Assembly: GCA_951406725.2 (NCBI GenBank)
Contig: OX597828.1
Location: 2,666,001 to 2,730,000 of the forward strand
Source of the DNA: Octopus vulgaris
Taxonomy: Eukaryota
DNA length: 64,000 nt
Direction: 5' to 3'
Part shown: positions 1 to 13,031 of the stretch, piece by piece
Layout: the number at the start of each line of letters is the position of its first letter
Numbering within the stretch: position 1 is the stretch's first letter
Translations under genes and position numbers: made by a program
Notes under the pieces: generated by a model
Told to the model about the DNA's origin: nothing
What the model saw: only the letters and a program-made list of their open reading frames with translations
Database searches by the model: none

Positions 1-731
1 CAAAGAGTTTAGGCTCGTCATTTTAAACTTCCTATTCTTCCATATATTAACAAATAAATATATAAATAAAAATAAAAAAAGATTATTTTTAATGAGTATA
101 TTTCCAGACTCCTTTTAAAAGTTTGCGCTGCTAGAAAGCAAACCTTATATATAAAAGTACAAATATATATGAAGTAAAAATAATTTCCTTCCGTTTTTTT
201 TTTATTATTCCATGTACTCTCATTATTATTGCATTTGTGTAAACTCGTCTACTTCTCTCTTTAAATTTCCCTCTCTCTCGCTTTCTTTCTCCTACTGATT
301 TTTCTTCTTTCCTTATTCTCTCTCATCTCTTCTCCCCCTTTCACATCCCCCTTACCACCACCACTTGGCTTTCTGTTTTCTCGGCCACTGCATCAACTCA
401 GACTCCGTGATGCAACATAACCAATTACAGACTGTTCTTTTTAAAGAATCTGATTGTTCCGCACCAAAAGCATTGGGAGAAAATTCCAGTCGGAAGTTCT
501 AAAAAAGAAAAGTCTTATGAAAACCATTCCCATTTATAGATCAAAGAGAAGAGTTGCAGCCAAATAAGAGTGTTCGATAAAAAGCAACATACCCATACGT
601 ATATATCTATAGGCGTTTATGCGTGCATCTCTCTCTCTCTTTCTCTCTCTCTCTCCTTTTGTATATACATACACAAACACATATATGTAGGTATATACAT
701 ATATAGATGTATATGTGTATATATATATATA

Positions 732-2187
732 CTAGCACTATGACCCGGCGTTGCCAATTTAGTGCTGGTGCTTGTTGTTCGTTGCCGGGTCGCAGTAAAA
801 AATTCTCACTAAATCAAGAGCTAAGTTTCTTATCACATTTCAGCCTGGGCCAGTTTTGTTGTTTATTATCTAGTTGGAGCTTTTTATGACAGTAATTAAT
901 ATTCATTGGACTTCGGTTTTCACACCTGGAACAGCATAATCATGGAAAATTAGCGGGACTGTGCACATGCCATTAGTCGGACAAAAAAGGAGGCAGAAGA
1001 AAGCGAAAAACTCGAATTTGGCCGCAAAATAGCAGGGTTTTGAAAATATACATAAAACTCGTTTGTTGAGTTTTGGTTTCACACCCAACCCAGTTCTGCG
1101 CAATCATTGTGGCGACGGGAACGCATGGGTTGAGAGTTTGACTGGCAGAGGTGATCAAGTTGCACATGCCAGCCCTTTTGACCCCTCCCCCTCACCTAAT
1201 CCCCTCGTTCTATGAGTGAATAGCAATGGTAGGAAGAAAAGTGCTGATTCCGGCGAAAAGACAGAACAATTAGAGCACAAAAAACAGCATTCAAAGTGGT
1301 TTTATGACGCATTGAAGCAAGTAACACAGTAAGGTCAATAGTTATAAGTTCACGACGCATAGAAGCACGTAAGACGTCAAGGTTAACTAAGGTATAAATA
1401 ATAGGTATGCCCTTTTGCCGGAAGGCCAATTGGGCTCCTGATCCACTGAAATGGAGGAGGTTAGGTTCGGAACACAACTAAGCCTTCAACTAAAACCTAG
1501 ACTAACCTTACGGAAGAGGGCTCGGGAGTCTCTAATAGGCAGCTTCTAATCCCGATCTATCACTAACCCATCATAGGGGTTCTAAATGACATGGCTGTAG
1601 AGGAAATTGGCTGTGGAGATGTGCATGGTGGGTTTGTTTCGGAGGAGGACGACTGCATTAGATTAAGGACCATTGCAAAATGTAGCTTTGGAGATCCGCA
1701 TTGGCGAAATTTACCAAAACTTACCGACAGCCTTCACAAAAAGGGACCCAGCCCTTTAACCTAACCTAATAAACATATGACAAATGAGAATTGTTTTCGT
1801 TGAGGATAGCATCGGTATAACAATGCATTTATAAATGCTCATCCAAAATCTCGTTGTAAACAATATTGCGGGTTTTACCCTCAGGGGCATATACAAACAG
1901 GGCATTCCTACTTCCAATGCGGGAGCAGGCAACATAAAGATGCCCATGCGAAAAGCAGGGCTCGCCCAGATGTATTCCCGCGACTGAGAGTGTCTGTCTC
2001 TGCGTTTTGTTAATTGACATCGCTTAATGGTTTTCTGGGGTGACTGGAGAAATGAACAGATCTTCACCACCATTCTCAGATAGTTTTGAAAGGCCATAGA
2101 AAACGTGAGACTTTTACGTGAAAAACTGTGGATTTGTATAAAGGACACACAGACACACAGACATTTTGCCATTTATAGATATAGAGA
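732..2187 (-). mobile_element. Helitron, internally deleted, retaining a Pif1-helicase C-terminal remnant
   Basis: On the minus strand the 5' end is A|TCTCTATATCTATAAATGGC at 2187 and the 3' end is GCAACGCCGGGTCATAGTGCTAG|T at 732 (TC...CTAG inserted between A and T). The helicase fragment lies inside in the same orientation. Confidence 0.85.
1829..2030 (-). pseudogene. Helitron RepHel helicase C-terminal fragment (Pif1 motifs V-VI)
   Basis: MSINKTQRQTLSVAGIHLGEPCFSHGHLYVACSRIG...GKTRNIVY matches the TINKSQGQT...FSHGQLYVACSRV signature. Confidence 0.9.
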
Positions 2188-2460
2188 TAAATCTGAGAAT
2201 GTGCCTGTCTGTCTGTATGTGTGCATCACCAAAACTCAAGAACTACCCAGCAGATTTCATTCAAATTTTACATATGCCTTACTTAAGGTCCATGCAGTAT
2301 AATGGACCAAAAAAAAAATGTTCAACTTCTTGCCTAATGCGAGCCCGGAGCAATATCTTACCTCTTACACTATTTCAGTATTACACGAAACAATAACATT
2401 GCAAAGTGAGATAATACTTTCAGTTTTTTATTGTGAAACTATCAATACTTTCACTAAGTA
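2188..2460 (+). mobile_element. Non-autonomous Helitron-like repeat (5' part), second family
   Basis: CTGAGAATGTG..TGTCTGTCTG..GATTTCATTCAAATTTTACATATGCC has a reverse-complement homolog at 53890-54140. Assignment to Helitron is inferred from the style of the head. Confidence 0.55.
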
Positions 2461-2689
2461 TATATATATGTTAGCTTCATTTCTATTAATTTCCCTAGGA
2501 TAGATTTATGTATGTATATGTATGTATATGTATGTATACATTTATATGTATATATATGTATACATATGTATATATATATGAATGTATATATGTGTATATA
2601 TATGCATATGTATATACGTGTATATATATGTGTGTGTATATATGTGCGTATATATATGTATATATATGTGCGTATATATATATGTATAT

Positions 2690-2966
2690 ATCATCATCAT
2701 CATTGTTCGACCGTGGTCGAGACAATGGAATTTACCATGCTACGCCAGACTTCACGGTCCATCATGGCATTACGGAGGTCCTGTTGCTGGATGCCTGTAT
2801 CCCTGGAGATTACATCAGGGTAGGAGAGTGTGCGTCCTCTGGTATTGCGAGTAGATGGCTTCCAGAGGAGAAGAGTAGAAATTACCTCTTTTTCAGCTCA
2901 ACAACAATGTCCAGCAAACTGGACTCTCCTACCTTTCACAAGAGATGACACAGGTGGTAGTTTCCC
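2690..2966 (-). mobile_element. RTE-clade LINE 3' end with (GAT)n tail
   Basis: Minus-strand translation [64 protein letters not shown], followed by (TGA)n. Confidence 0.8.
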
Positions 2967-2969
2967 ATA

Positions 2970-3017
<48 letters not shown>

Positions 3018-3038
3018 TTCGAGACAAAACCACTATGC

Positions 3039-3069
<31 letters not shown>

Positions 3070-3081
3070 TGTATATATGTA

Positions 3082-3141
<60 letters not shown>

Positions 3142-3143
<2 letters not shown>

Positions 3144-3250
3144 CGCGGGTGTGGCTATGTGCTAAGAAGCTTGCTTCACAACCACATGGTTCTGGGTTCA
3201 GTCCCACTGTGTGGCACCTTCGGAAAGTCTTCAGTTATACGGCCGGATAA
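3142..3250 (+). mobile_element. SINE family A (tRNA-like head), 3'-truncated
   Basis: GGCGCGGGTGTGGCT..GGTTCAGTCCCACTG..GGCACCTT head shared with the full copies. Confidence 0.75.
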
Positions 3251-3351
3251 CTGAAGTGATGGCGGCGTGGATTTCTACCCTGGTATCCGAAACTCGGAGT
3301 TTTATCATGGCTACCGATTAATTGTCACATTCCATCTGCAGATATACACAC

Positions 3352-3382
<31 letters not shown>

Positions 3383-4040
3383 TACATACATATATATATA
3401 TATGACTTATTTCTCTTTCCTTCTCTCTTTCGTTTCCTCTCTCATCCTTTCTCTAATTCTTTTCCTCTCCCTTTCACCGTCCCCTATTTGTCCCTCACTC
3501 TTCCTCCTTTACTCTCTCGTTGCTCACACGTGACCATCGCCCATCTTTCTTTTCCTAACTTGAGTTTCTTTCTTTCCATTCGATCAGCTACAGAGATAAG
3601 ACGCATTCTTGTCTGTCTCTTGTCGAAGCTTGCTCCACCAGCATTCCTCACTTCACCTCGTTATGACTTAGCAGCCCTAACTGTTTGTTTTCACTGTCCT
3701 ATTTTTGTTACCAACTTTGACCCTCTGCAAATCCCAAATTTTATTTCATTTGCTTTGCGGGAGCAACTGTTTTGACGTAAGTACATCTTGTAATTAATCG
3801 AAATGCGGAATAGGTAAAACAGTCGACAACTGATGAAGGGTCGTTCTTTATGCTAATTCACTTGTTTTCCATTTGTTTCTGTCGTTGTTCGCAAAAGAAG
3901 TTCATATTCCATGCTTTCGTAATTCAAATTTCATGTTGTTTGCGTTCTATGACGTTATGTACCCATGTATGCATTTGTATATACATATATATGTATGTAT
4001 GTACACATATGTACTTATATATCGATATATATTATTTATA

Positions 4041-4093
<53 letters not shown>

Positions 4094-4109
4094 TATATAT
4101 GTATCTACT

Positions 4110-4900
4110 TATCAGCTCTCTGGGTGTATATGTCAGGTATCGATCTTCTGGTCGCCTCTTTAATCTGCGCCTATTTGCTGCCGATTCAAAAGCTTTCCAG
4201 TCTCTTATTCGTGACCTCCTTAATGCAGATGACTGTAACTTAGTCATTCATACAGTGGATGACATTCAAATACTTATGAATAATATTTCTGTTTCTTGCT
4301 AGGCATCTGGACTAAGCAGCAGCCTGGACAAGACTGTTATAATGTTCCAGCCTGCACCAGGGAATCCATATGTGGAACAAGCTATCCTGGCTGAAGGAAC
4401 AATACTGAAAGTGGTAGACAAATTTGTCTACCTGGGTAGCATACTCAGCTGTTCTTGCTCACTGGATGATGAAACATCTTTCTGGCTGTAGAGAGCAACT
4501 GATTCCTTCCGGTCTCTTGAGTTTCGTGTTTGGTCCCAGCGTGGCATCACAAGGCGAACAAAAATTGCTGTGTACCGTGCATGTGTACTGACATCGCTCC
4601 TTTACTCATGTGAGACATGGGCCCTTTACAAACGGCATGAAACTCCAGACACACAAGTCCTGAGGAAAGCTGATATCTTGAGTATTGAGGAGATGGTTTA
4701 CAAGCACCAGTGACGTTGGACTGGACACCTTACTAGAATGAAGGATAGCAGGATCCCAAAATAGATGCTATATGAAGAACTTGTTAGTGGAAAGAGACCC
4801 CGGTGGAAACCAAGGCTGCGATTGAAGGACTGTGTAAAGTCCTCATTAAAGGCCTGCGATATGCAGGAGACTGACTGGGAGAGCAATGCCTGCCATTGCC
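4110..4900 (+). mobile_element. RTE/BovB-like LINE fragment (RT domain to C-terminus), decayed
   Basis: GVYVRYRSSGRLFNLR..LIRDLLNADDC (degenerate FADD), KFVYLGSILS, LLYSCETW, RWTGHLTRMKDSRIPK; has stops and an internal deletion. Confidence 0.9.
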
Positions 4901-4905
4901 ACAGA

Positions 4906-5052
4906 TAGTTCTGAGTTCAAATTCCGCTGAGGTCGACTTTGCCTTTCATCCCTTTGGGGTCGATAAAATGAACACCAGTGGAGCAATAGGATCAATGTAA
5001 TCGACTTTGCCTCACCCCCTAAATTGCTGGCCTTGTGCCAAAATTTTAAACC
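4906..5052 (+). mobile_element. SINE family B, partial
   Basis: GTTCTGAGTTCAAATTCCGC..GCCTTTCATCC..GGGGTCGATAAA core. Confidence 0.75.
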
Positions 5053-5530
5053 AAAATATGTGCCAACAAAGAAACCGTCTACTCCGCCAAGATAGAAGAT
5101 AGACGTGATTGAAAGAGTTGCCACGTTTCCCTCAAACTACACCCTACTAATGAGTGAACCAACAAGCGAATATTTAACGTGTTCGCTGGCAATCCTCCCT
5201 CAAATCACATCCTTCTGTTTGATTAAGCTACAGACATGTGAATCTTCTAAGTTACTCTCAATTAAATTATAATTACTATAAATAATATGTAAATGGATTC
5301 AACAAATATACTGAGTCGTTTTTATTGAAAGTTCGTTGTTTTAGAAATATAAAAACACGTATTTCAGCTGTATGTGTGAGACACAGACAGACTGGCAAAT
5401 AGACAGATAGATAGAATAGAGATAAAATTAACTCTTATAAATCAACTGAATTTACATTGCAGCCGGCAGAAGAATATAATTTTAAAAAACCCAATGAAGC
5501 AATATTAAATATACATGACAAAAAATTATT

Positions 5531-5742
5531 ATTGGTTTCAAACTTTGTCAAAAGCCAGCAATTTCGATGAATAGAGTTTGTCGGTTACCTCGACCCCAAG
5601 ATTCAACTGGTACTTATTTTATTGATCCCGGAAAGATGAAACGTGAATTCGACCCCGGTGGAATTTGAACTCAGAGTAAAGACGGACGAAACGCTGCAAA
5701 GCATTTTGTCCGTAGGGTTAACGATTCTGCCGAGCTCACTGC
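5531..5742 (-). mobile_element. SINE family B
   Basis: Reverse complement of the family B consensus (GGTACTTATTTTATTGA..GGAATTTGAACTCAGA..CTGCCGAGCTCA). Confidence 0.75.
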
Positions 5743-6867
5743 TTTCAAAAACGATTATTATCAAAATAGGAAGCGCATATTCATTGTTATGTGACAATGT
5801 ATATGATAGTGGAGTTAGGGTTAGAGTAAATGGTAGAGGGGAAGGCGTTTAAGCTGCAATTATTATAAATAATTACGCTATTTGCTCTTTTAAAGTTAAG
5901 AGAATTTAATGTTGATCTTTGTGACCTTTATTTTAGAAAAGATGTACCGACGCATTCAGGGGGGGGGAAAGCGAAAGAGAGCAGATGTCTAATTAGATTA
6001 TTGTCAAGTAAAGATGCTAATATTTCTGCGTTTTAGGTGAAATAAGAATTTGGTTCAGTCATAGATTATTTTTAGCAAATTAATCAATAGCATAAGTGTG
6101 GTATTAAATATATGATGGCGGGTACATAGTATCTTTTTGGTATCATCATTGTGGATAATTAAATTGTAAATAATTAATAGAGCCTAAACTGAAGTTAACC
6201 TGAAGATTAAGAATAAGGATAAACATGGATTAGAAAAATGAATGTTAAGAGTTAATGAACATAATGATGATGATGACGGTGAGTATGATGATGATGGTGG
6301 TGGTGGTAATGAATACTATTATCTAGTTTGGATCAAACATATGAAAGCCGATCTAGCAGTAAATTTATGATTAAAAGTGTGTGTGTGTGCGTGTGTGTAC
6401 GTGTGTGTGCGTGTGTGTGTGTAAACAAACTTTAACGTATCATGAATGGAAGGCAGTCTTGTGCAAGGTTACATAATGCGTTAAATTTTAATTTCCTGAT
6501 TTCTGTTTCAGACATATCGAGAGCAGTAAAACGGTAGATTGGTGCCATAACTACAGCAACCCAGATCGCCAGCTTCTTGAACAACAAAGAACTGGAAACC
6601 TATGGCGGGACTGTGTCACTTGTTGTCAAGGAGAAGAAATGTCAACGGTCAGACGCCATCGGATGGCTGAAAGAAGTCCAGGAAATAAAGAGCAAAACTA
6701 GAAAGTCAATGAGGACCATCGCAGAACAACTTTAATGGCAAATCCAACAATCAAACAAGAAAAATTAAGTGTAGCCCTTCACGATGAAGATACCAGTTAT
6801 GATCGGTAAGGCATCCGGAGAAACGTGAGATCATGTGACTCCTGACATTATGTACACTCAAAGAGCC

Positions 6868-7007
6868 CATGAGTTGAACCTCGATGGGTTTAAATAACGG
6901 AGGGTGACCCGATCGGTCAAAAGTGCCGTCTTTGCATGACACCACCTGTCCTTGACATGCAAAGACGGCACTCTCCGTATATTAAACCCATCGGAGTTCA
7001 ACTCATG
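6868..7007. repeat. 140-nt branched inverted repeat (fold-back)
   Basis: Outer arms 6868-6902 and 6973-7007 are imperfect complements. Inner arms 6922-6938 and 6956-6972 are a perfect 17 bp. Confidence 0.9.
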
Positions 7008-7033
7008 CTTCGTATTTACAGTTTTTTCTCCTA

Positions 7034-7237
7034 TACTCTTTTATTTGTTTCAGTCATTTGACTGTGGCCATGCTGGTTGCACCGCCTTTAGACGATCAAA
7101 TCGACCCCAGGACTTATTCTTTGTAAGCCTAGTTCTTATTCTATCGGTCTCTTTTGACGTAAACACACCAGCAGCGGTTGTCAAGCGATGTTGGAGGGAC
7201 AAACACAGATACACAAACATACACACACACACTCACG

Positions 7238-7271
<34 letters not shown>

Positions 7272-7431
7272 CATATATACGACAGTTTCCGTCTACCAAA
7301 TCCACTCACAAGGCTTTGGTCGGCCCGAGGCTATAGTAGAAGACACTTGCCCAAGGTGCCACGGAGTGGGACTGAACCAGGAACCATGTAGTTGGTAAGC
7401 AAGCTACTTACCACACAGCCACTCCTGCGCT
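7034..7431 (-). mobile_element. SINE family A, near full length
   Basis: tRNA-like head, CORE-like GGCACCTTGGGCAAGTGTCTT, internal (TG)n, and tail CAGCATGGCCACAGTCAAATGACTGAAAC. Confidence 0.9.
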
Positions 7432-7653
7432 TATATTCGATTAAAAATTAATGTTGGAGAATCACGAGATAATTACAAATTTCATATGAATTGGCCTTTA
7501 AAATATAAAAAAATATTAGTTGGTTTTCTTCTTTTTTTTTTGTATAATTCACTTTTCACGTAAAGCTACTAAAGAATATATATGTGCATGCGTATAGTTC
7601 TTTATGTGTATACATATGTACATTCTTCTGCTAGAAAGACAAGAAGCTATTAC

Positions 7654-7717
<64 letters not shown>

Positions 7718-9379
7718 ATAGGCTGGAGCTAAGTTTAAAAATTAAAGTTACGAGTCAAATGTGTAAGAAGAATTTCAAGTAGTTTGACCAGATGTTAGAA
7801 ATATGTGTTATTCTGCATAGTATGTGTTCCAATGAAGCCCCAAATATGTTTGGAATGCGTACAATACCTACTTATTTTTAATATATCTTCTGATGTATAC
7901 TACTGTGGGAGATGGATAAATATGTACCGCTTATATATATTCTTATAGATATTTCGAAAGGAAATATACCCAACGATCAAGTAATGGAACAACATCATAT
8001 CATTTGAAATCTAAATTATATGTTAAACCAAGGATCATTTCACAGAGAGATCACAGTAAGCTTAACTGGATGTGCACACGGCAGAGTTACATAACATTCG
8101 TCGGTTGACTCCATGCAATGTTTTGTATATATCAACTTTTGCATCTATTTTTCTTGCAGTCTCTCATTTAATGTATGTTTTTTTCTAGTCCAAAATAAAA
8201 TAATAGGTGACATAATTATGAAACTGTAAATATTTCTAATATCCATACAGGTCTTATCGAAATAGATGTAACCGAAAAACGTTGACATTCATTGATTCAT
8301 TACCCGCGCTTGTGGTGAGGTGTTGCTAGTTGTACAATGACATCGACACGAACAACTGCACAAAGTTTTGCTTTGTGCCTTAAAACTATCAATAATTTTA
8401 TAGGTCAGACTAAATATCATAGGTTAACCTAGATACTTATAATAAATATCTAATTTTAATTTAAATAGTTCTGAATGGTTACGCCCTTCAATAAAATATG
8501 TAAAACGCACTAAGAATTTTATAAACTTTAGAGAGAACGTGAAATAATTCTTTTTTAGGATAACAGTTCTCGAAGTATATCAAATACAGCTATGAAGAAT
8601 AGCATGTAAATGTTGGGTTGAAAATCGATTGACTGCTTTTCAGAATTTAGTTTTGTTCCACAGCGTGTTGAGTTCAAACTGTGCCACAGTTGATTTTAGT
8701 CGTTCATCTTTTTATGGGACGGGGTCGATAAAATGAATTGCAGCCACGGTAGCGATTCAACGGAATATACACAACCCTCCACTTGTAAATGTGTCACCTT
8801 TTGCCAGCATATTGGGATAAGTGTCATCGTGACAGTGCAGTTACTACTATAGCTACTATATTTCAATTTTATCTTTCTACAGTTTGATGGTCTGAACCAT
8901 GTGTTTAAAAAGCGTGAGTGTGCGTACGTTCGAGTATTTGTCGGTCTAGCTCATTGCACGTGTACTGTGCTGTATATTAAATCATATTTCTGCTTGACTA
9001 AATGCTCATACGTATACTCACCATCTAACTAACACGCGTAATACACTTCTATCAGACATATTCAGGTGCAAATATACATGTGTGCGTTCGTGTGTGTGTG
9101 CATCTGTATACGTGTATGCATCTGTGTGTGTGTTTGCGTGTGTGGGGGGGTGCATCTGTGTGCGTGCATTTGTGTGCATCTATGCATTTGTGTGTGTGTA
9201 TGTTCACATTTATTTATAGACAGGAAGAACGAATTATTCTATATTGATTACAAATTTCCGCTGAAACGCTACGTGCCGGTTATTAACAATTATTAATGCA
9301 TGCAGATCTGTTAGCGCACGAGCAAACATATATACCAAAACACACGCGCGCACACACACACACATTCACACACACACAC

Positions 9380-9427
<48 letters not shown>

Positions 9428-9556
9428 TCACAAACACAAAAGCTCACTCATTCTCTTACACATATATTTACATAACATACGTACATACATACCTGTGTGC
9501 ATGTATCTCTTCCTCTCTCCATCCGTCCTTCCTCCTTTCCTCTCTCCCTCTCCATA

Positions 9557-9647
9557 TAGGCATGGTCATGTGGTTAGGTAACCAACCACATGACCTCGGG
9601 TTCAGTCCCGCTGAGTGGGACATCGGGCCGACCAAAACCTTGTAAGG
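9557..9647 (+). mobile_element. SINE family A head fragment
   Basis: GGCATGGTCATGTGG..GGGTTCAGTCCCGCTG..GGGCCGACCAAAACCTTGT. Confidence 0.65.
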
Positions 9648-11019
9648 CATTCATTTATTTATCTCTGATTTGTCATATTTAAAGTTTTATTTCTAGCATT
9701 CGATTCCCAACGAGCAATACACCTTCATTAACATCACAAATCTTTAAGTTTTAATTGATATTATGAGCATCTATTTCTAGCACCGTTATAACCAGGTGAG
9801 CCCTCAATCTCCCCTCACTTCTAGTAGTATCATGCTCACTATTGCTTCATTTTTCATTATCTTTTACCCCTTTATTACCATCCTAATCCTCATCCCGCCA
9901 ACTCTTACTACTTTAAAACTCTACCCAGAGCTAGTGAATTTCTTTATTAACCATGAGGCTGAGAAAAAAGAAGGGGCGATACGAGGATAGACAAAACAAA
10001 CATTGGGGTCAGGGTATCGAATGAGACGAAACGTATGAATAAACATACAATTAAAATATATACAATTAAATGAGAATGAGTGATTTACAAAAAATGATGC
10101 GGAGGACGCAGTCGACTCCACAAAACACATACTCACACTGAAGACTTTGCTTTGTCCCAGAGCTAGTGGTCGGCTAACTGATGACAACATCTGCTATTCT
10201 TCATCTCTTTACCTATCTGTATATGTATATGCACCCTCTAACCTCTTTCAAGCATACTCTACAGAGCAGTAAATATCTACTCTACTATATCTACTTGTCT
10301 GTCTCTCCTCCGCACTATAGTTTAATATTCCTTCTGAACCCTCATTCTCTCTCTATCCAAAATTGGAACTGGTAACTTCCAGTATTCCTTGACTTGGATT
10401 GTCATCGAACATTCTCATTTGAAATTGCTAATGGACCTTAACTACGTATACCTGTATTATTTATTCGAGCATAGAACTATGTAACGCATACCTATCTTAT
10501 TCTGATCCTTCCCTCATTTTTGACAAACTGGAATATACTAATAACCTCGATTGGGGATATTCCTTCATTTTTTCATCTCTCTGACTTCTCCCTCTCTGAT
10601 GACGAAATACTCAGCTTATGGCATCCTTACTCAGTCTCATGAACCACACGCTTGGCTATTCTAGAACAGCTGTAAGAGACTATGTTTTTATTTTTTTTTT
10701 ATTTTATTTAGTTTACTATCTCAACTAAATCTTTTTCGGGTGACGCCAAAAGTTTTGCTTTTTTATTTTTACTTTAATCTGTATCTACCCACTCAAGGAG
10801 AAACCACTTCTAGCCGCCTCTGACAGGCAGTTTCAACATCACACTTTCAGTTGCAGCACAAGCCAGAGTTTTAGTGGTAAACCAAACAGAGCACTCATAG
10901 TACATACCTATTACATTACACCAGTTAACGAAAACTCATATATTCTTCTGGCAAAATTTTATGTCTATTACTTAATTATGATACCAAAACAAATAGATTT
11001 ATAAATCTTAGGTCAAAAG

Positions 11020-11400
11020 TTTATTGAAAAATTCAATATGTGCTCCGTCTGTATCCCTGCAAAATTCATCAGCGTTGCGAAACACATTTTGAAGCATTTC
11101 AGGAGTTATATCCTGCACTGCTAACTGAATGCATTCTTCACGTTCGGCTAAATTATTGCTCAATGCTGGTAATAGGAGAAAATGATTGCAGCCATATTGA
11201 AAAAAAAAAAAGCTATCGTGAGCAGATAAGCGGGATCCAGCAGGAATGAAAATAAAATTATTAAAAAATACAAACATAAAATTATAAAAAATTAAAAATT
11301 TATACACTTTTAACATATTAAACATGACAAACATAAATAAAATTGAGTTTTTAAAGAAATTGTTCGATTTCACTGAAATAGTTAATTGTGGGACATCCTG
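11020..11400 (-). mobile_element. Non-autonomous Tc1/mariner-type remnant
   Basis: One TIR (TA|CAGGATGTCCCACAATTAA at 11400) plus the transposase C-terminal peptide CIQLAVQDITPEMLQNVFRN..CRDTDGAHIE. The second TIR was not found. Confidence 0.65.
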
Positions 11401-11555
11401 TATATATATATATATATATATATATAGGCGTGTGTGTGTATGTATGTATGTAATGCATGTATGTATATGTATGTATGTATGTATGTATTATGTATGTATG
11501 TATGTATGTATGTGTCTATGTATGTATGCATGTATGCATGCATGTATGTGCATGC

Positions 11556-11604
<49 letters not shown>

Positions 11605-11607
<3 letters not shown>

Positions 11608-11800
11608 GAAATTTACAGAAAAACAAAAGACGAACATAAGTATATGAACAGCAAGCAGCTGTATTTGACGCTCAGAAAAGTGAGAAAGTCTTTTACGTTT
11701 CGAGCCTACGCTCTTCAACAGAAAGGAATAAGATAAAATAAACAGAGAGAGAATAATAAAAAAAAAACTTGTGGATTTAGCGATCAAGCATGGCGACTGG
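11605..11800 (-). mobile_element. Penelope-like terminal-repeat fragment with minimal hammerhead motif
   Basis: Homologous to 28755-28900 and 31385-31560, each of which lies downstream of a GIY-YIG remnant. Confidence 0.65.
11690..11725 (-). ncRNA. Minimal type I hammerhead ribozyme-like motif (variant core CUGUUGA)
   Basis: Minus strand cttt-CTGTTGA-A-GAGC-gtag-GCTC-GAAAC-GTA-aaag. Confidence 0.6.
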
Positions 11801-11974
11801 GAGGAAAGATTTGTAATCGGGCATGCTGGAAAAAGGAGAAAAAAAGAAAAAAAGAAAGAAAGAAGAAAAGGAGAGAGAAAGGCAAAGTAACGTACGGAGT
11901 AAGAAAAAGCAAAAAGTTCAAACGTTGTTGTATATTGGAGCGATTTTCCTCAACGGAAGAATCCAGTCAAATCC

Positions 11975-12005
<31 letters not shown>

Positions 12006-12671
12006 ATCGGTCAATTTTTCATAAGTTCGGAAAAAGCATACTGTAAAATATTTTTGTAACAGTAGTATTTAATGTAGTCGTTGACTATGGCCGGAGGTCG
12101 GAAAGTTACCATTGTTTTCACGTCCATTGTTGTTCTTAGCAATATAGGCAACTCATCAGATCTGCTGGCCAGAGGCATATAACTTCTTCACTAATGGAGG
12201 TAAGAATACAGTTTTGTGCAGTTAGGCAGTGAAAATACCCTGAAACGAAATTCTTCGAAGCAAAAACATGCAACAACAACAACAAAAAACAACACTAGCA
12301 ATGTACCCGGCAATAACAGCAGCAAAGGGAGCGGTAGCGGTAGCAACCACATGAACAACAGCACCGATAACACGGAAATATGTTGGAGCAACGGAGAACC
12401 CCTTTAAGCTACGACTAAATAACTACAGGTCCTCTTTAAGATCCTTGAAAGGTGCAACGTTAAGTGTCTTGGTCATGAATACACCGTAAAGGTGTCCGTT
12501 CTACCATCTATAAGACACAAAAAGAAATACCTGTAACCCTTAATGAATCGTTTGCACACCATCAAAGCCAAACCGATGAACTCTGTAGAAAATCACAGGT
12601 ACTAGGGATGTGAATGGCTCAGTCAAGGATAAAATCTTTGTCGGAAGCTCAAATTGTTGGTTGCTTTATAC

Positions 12672-13031
12672 CAGTGGTTCTCAGCAAGGGTCAATGTAAC
12701 CCTTGGGAGTTCAAACAAGATTTTATGGGGTCCAGGAAAGCAAATTAGTAAACTGAGGATCCACAGTAGCATTTTATGGGTTCACGGGAAAAAAACATTA
12801 CTTTAGTTGTATTTATTACAAGAAACAGCAAAGTTTCTTTCTCTAACAGTTTCCATTGTTCAGCATGTTTCTGACCACTGAAACATGTTCTCTTAGAGAA
12901 TGAATGAAAAAAAAATAAAATAGGAATTTTGAAAGAAGCATCTATAAAACTTCTTTTTAAACATTGAATAGTTATGGGGTGCACCAAAGTAAAATAGTAA
13001 TCTAAGGGATCCATAGATAAAAGAACCATTG
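12672..13031 (+). mobile_element. hAT (Charlie-like) MITE
   Basis: TIRs CAGTGGTTCT / AGAACCATTG, with a perfect 8-bp TSD CTTTATAC at 12664-12671 and 13032-13039. Confidence 0.9.

Noticed and set aside
3142-3215. tRNA-like sequence
   Set aside because: It is the head of a SINE repeated many times in the window, and it does not form a proper cloverleaf.
12216-12407. Asn/Ser-rich ORF
   Set aside because: Low-complexity AAC/AGC repeats, non-ATG start, no recognisable domain.
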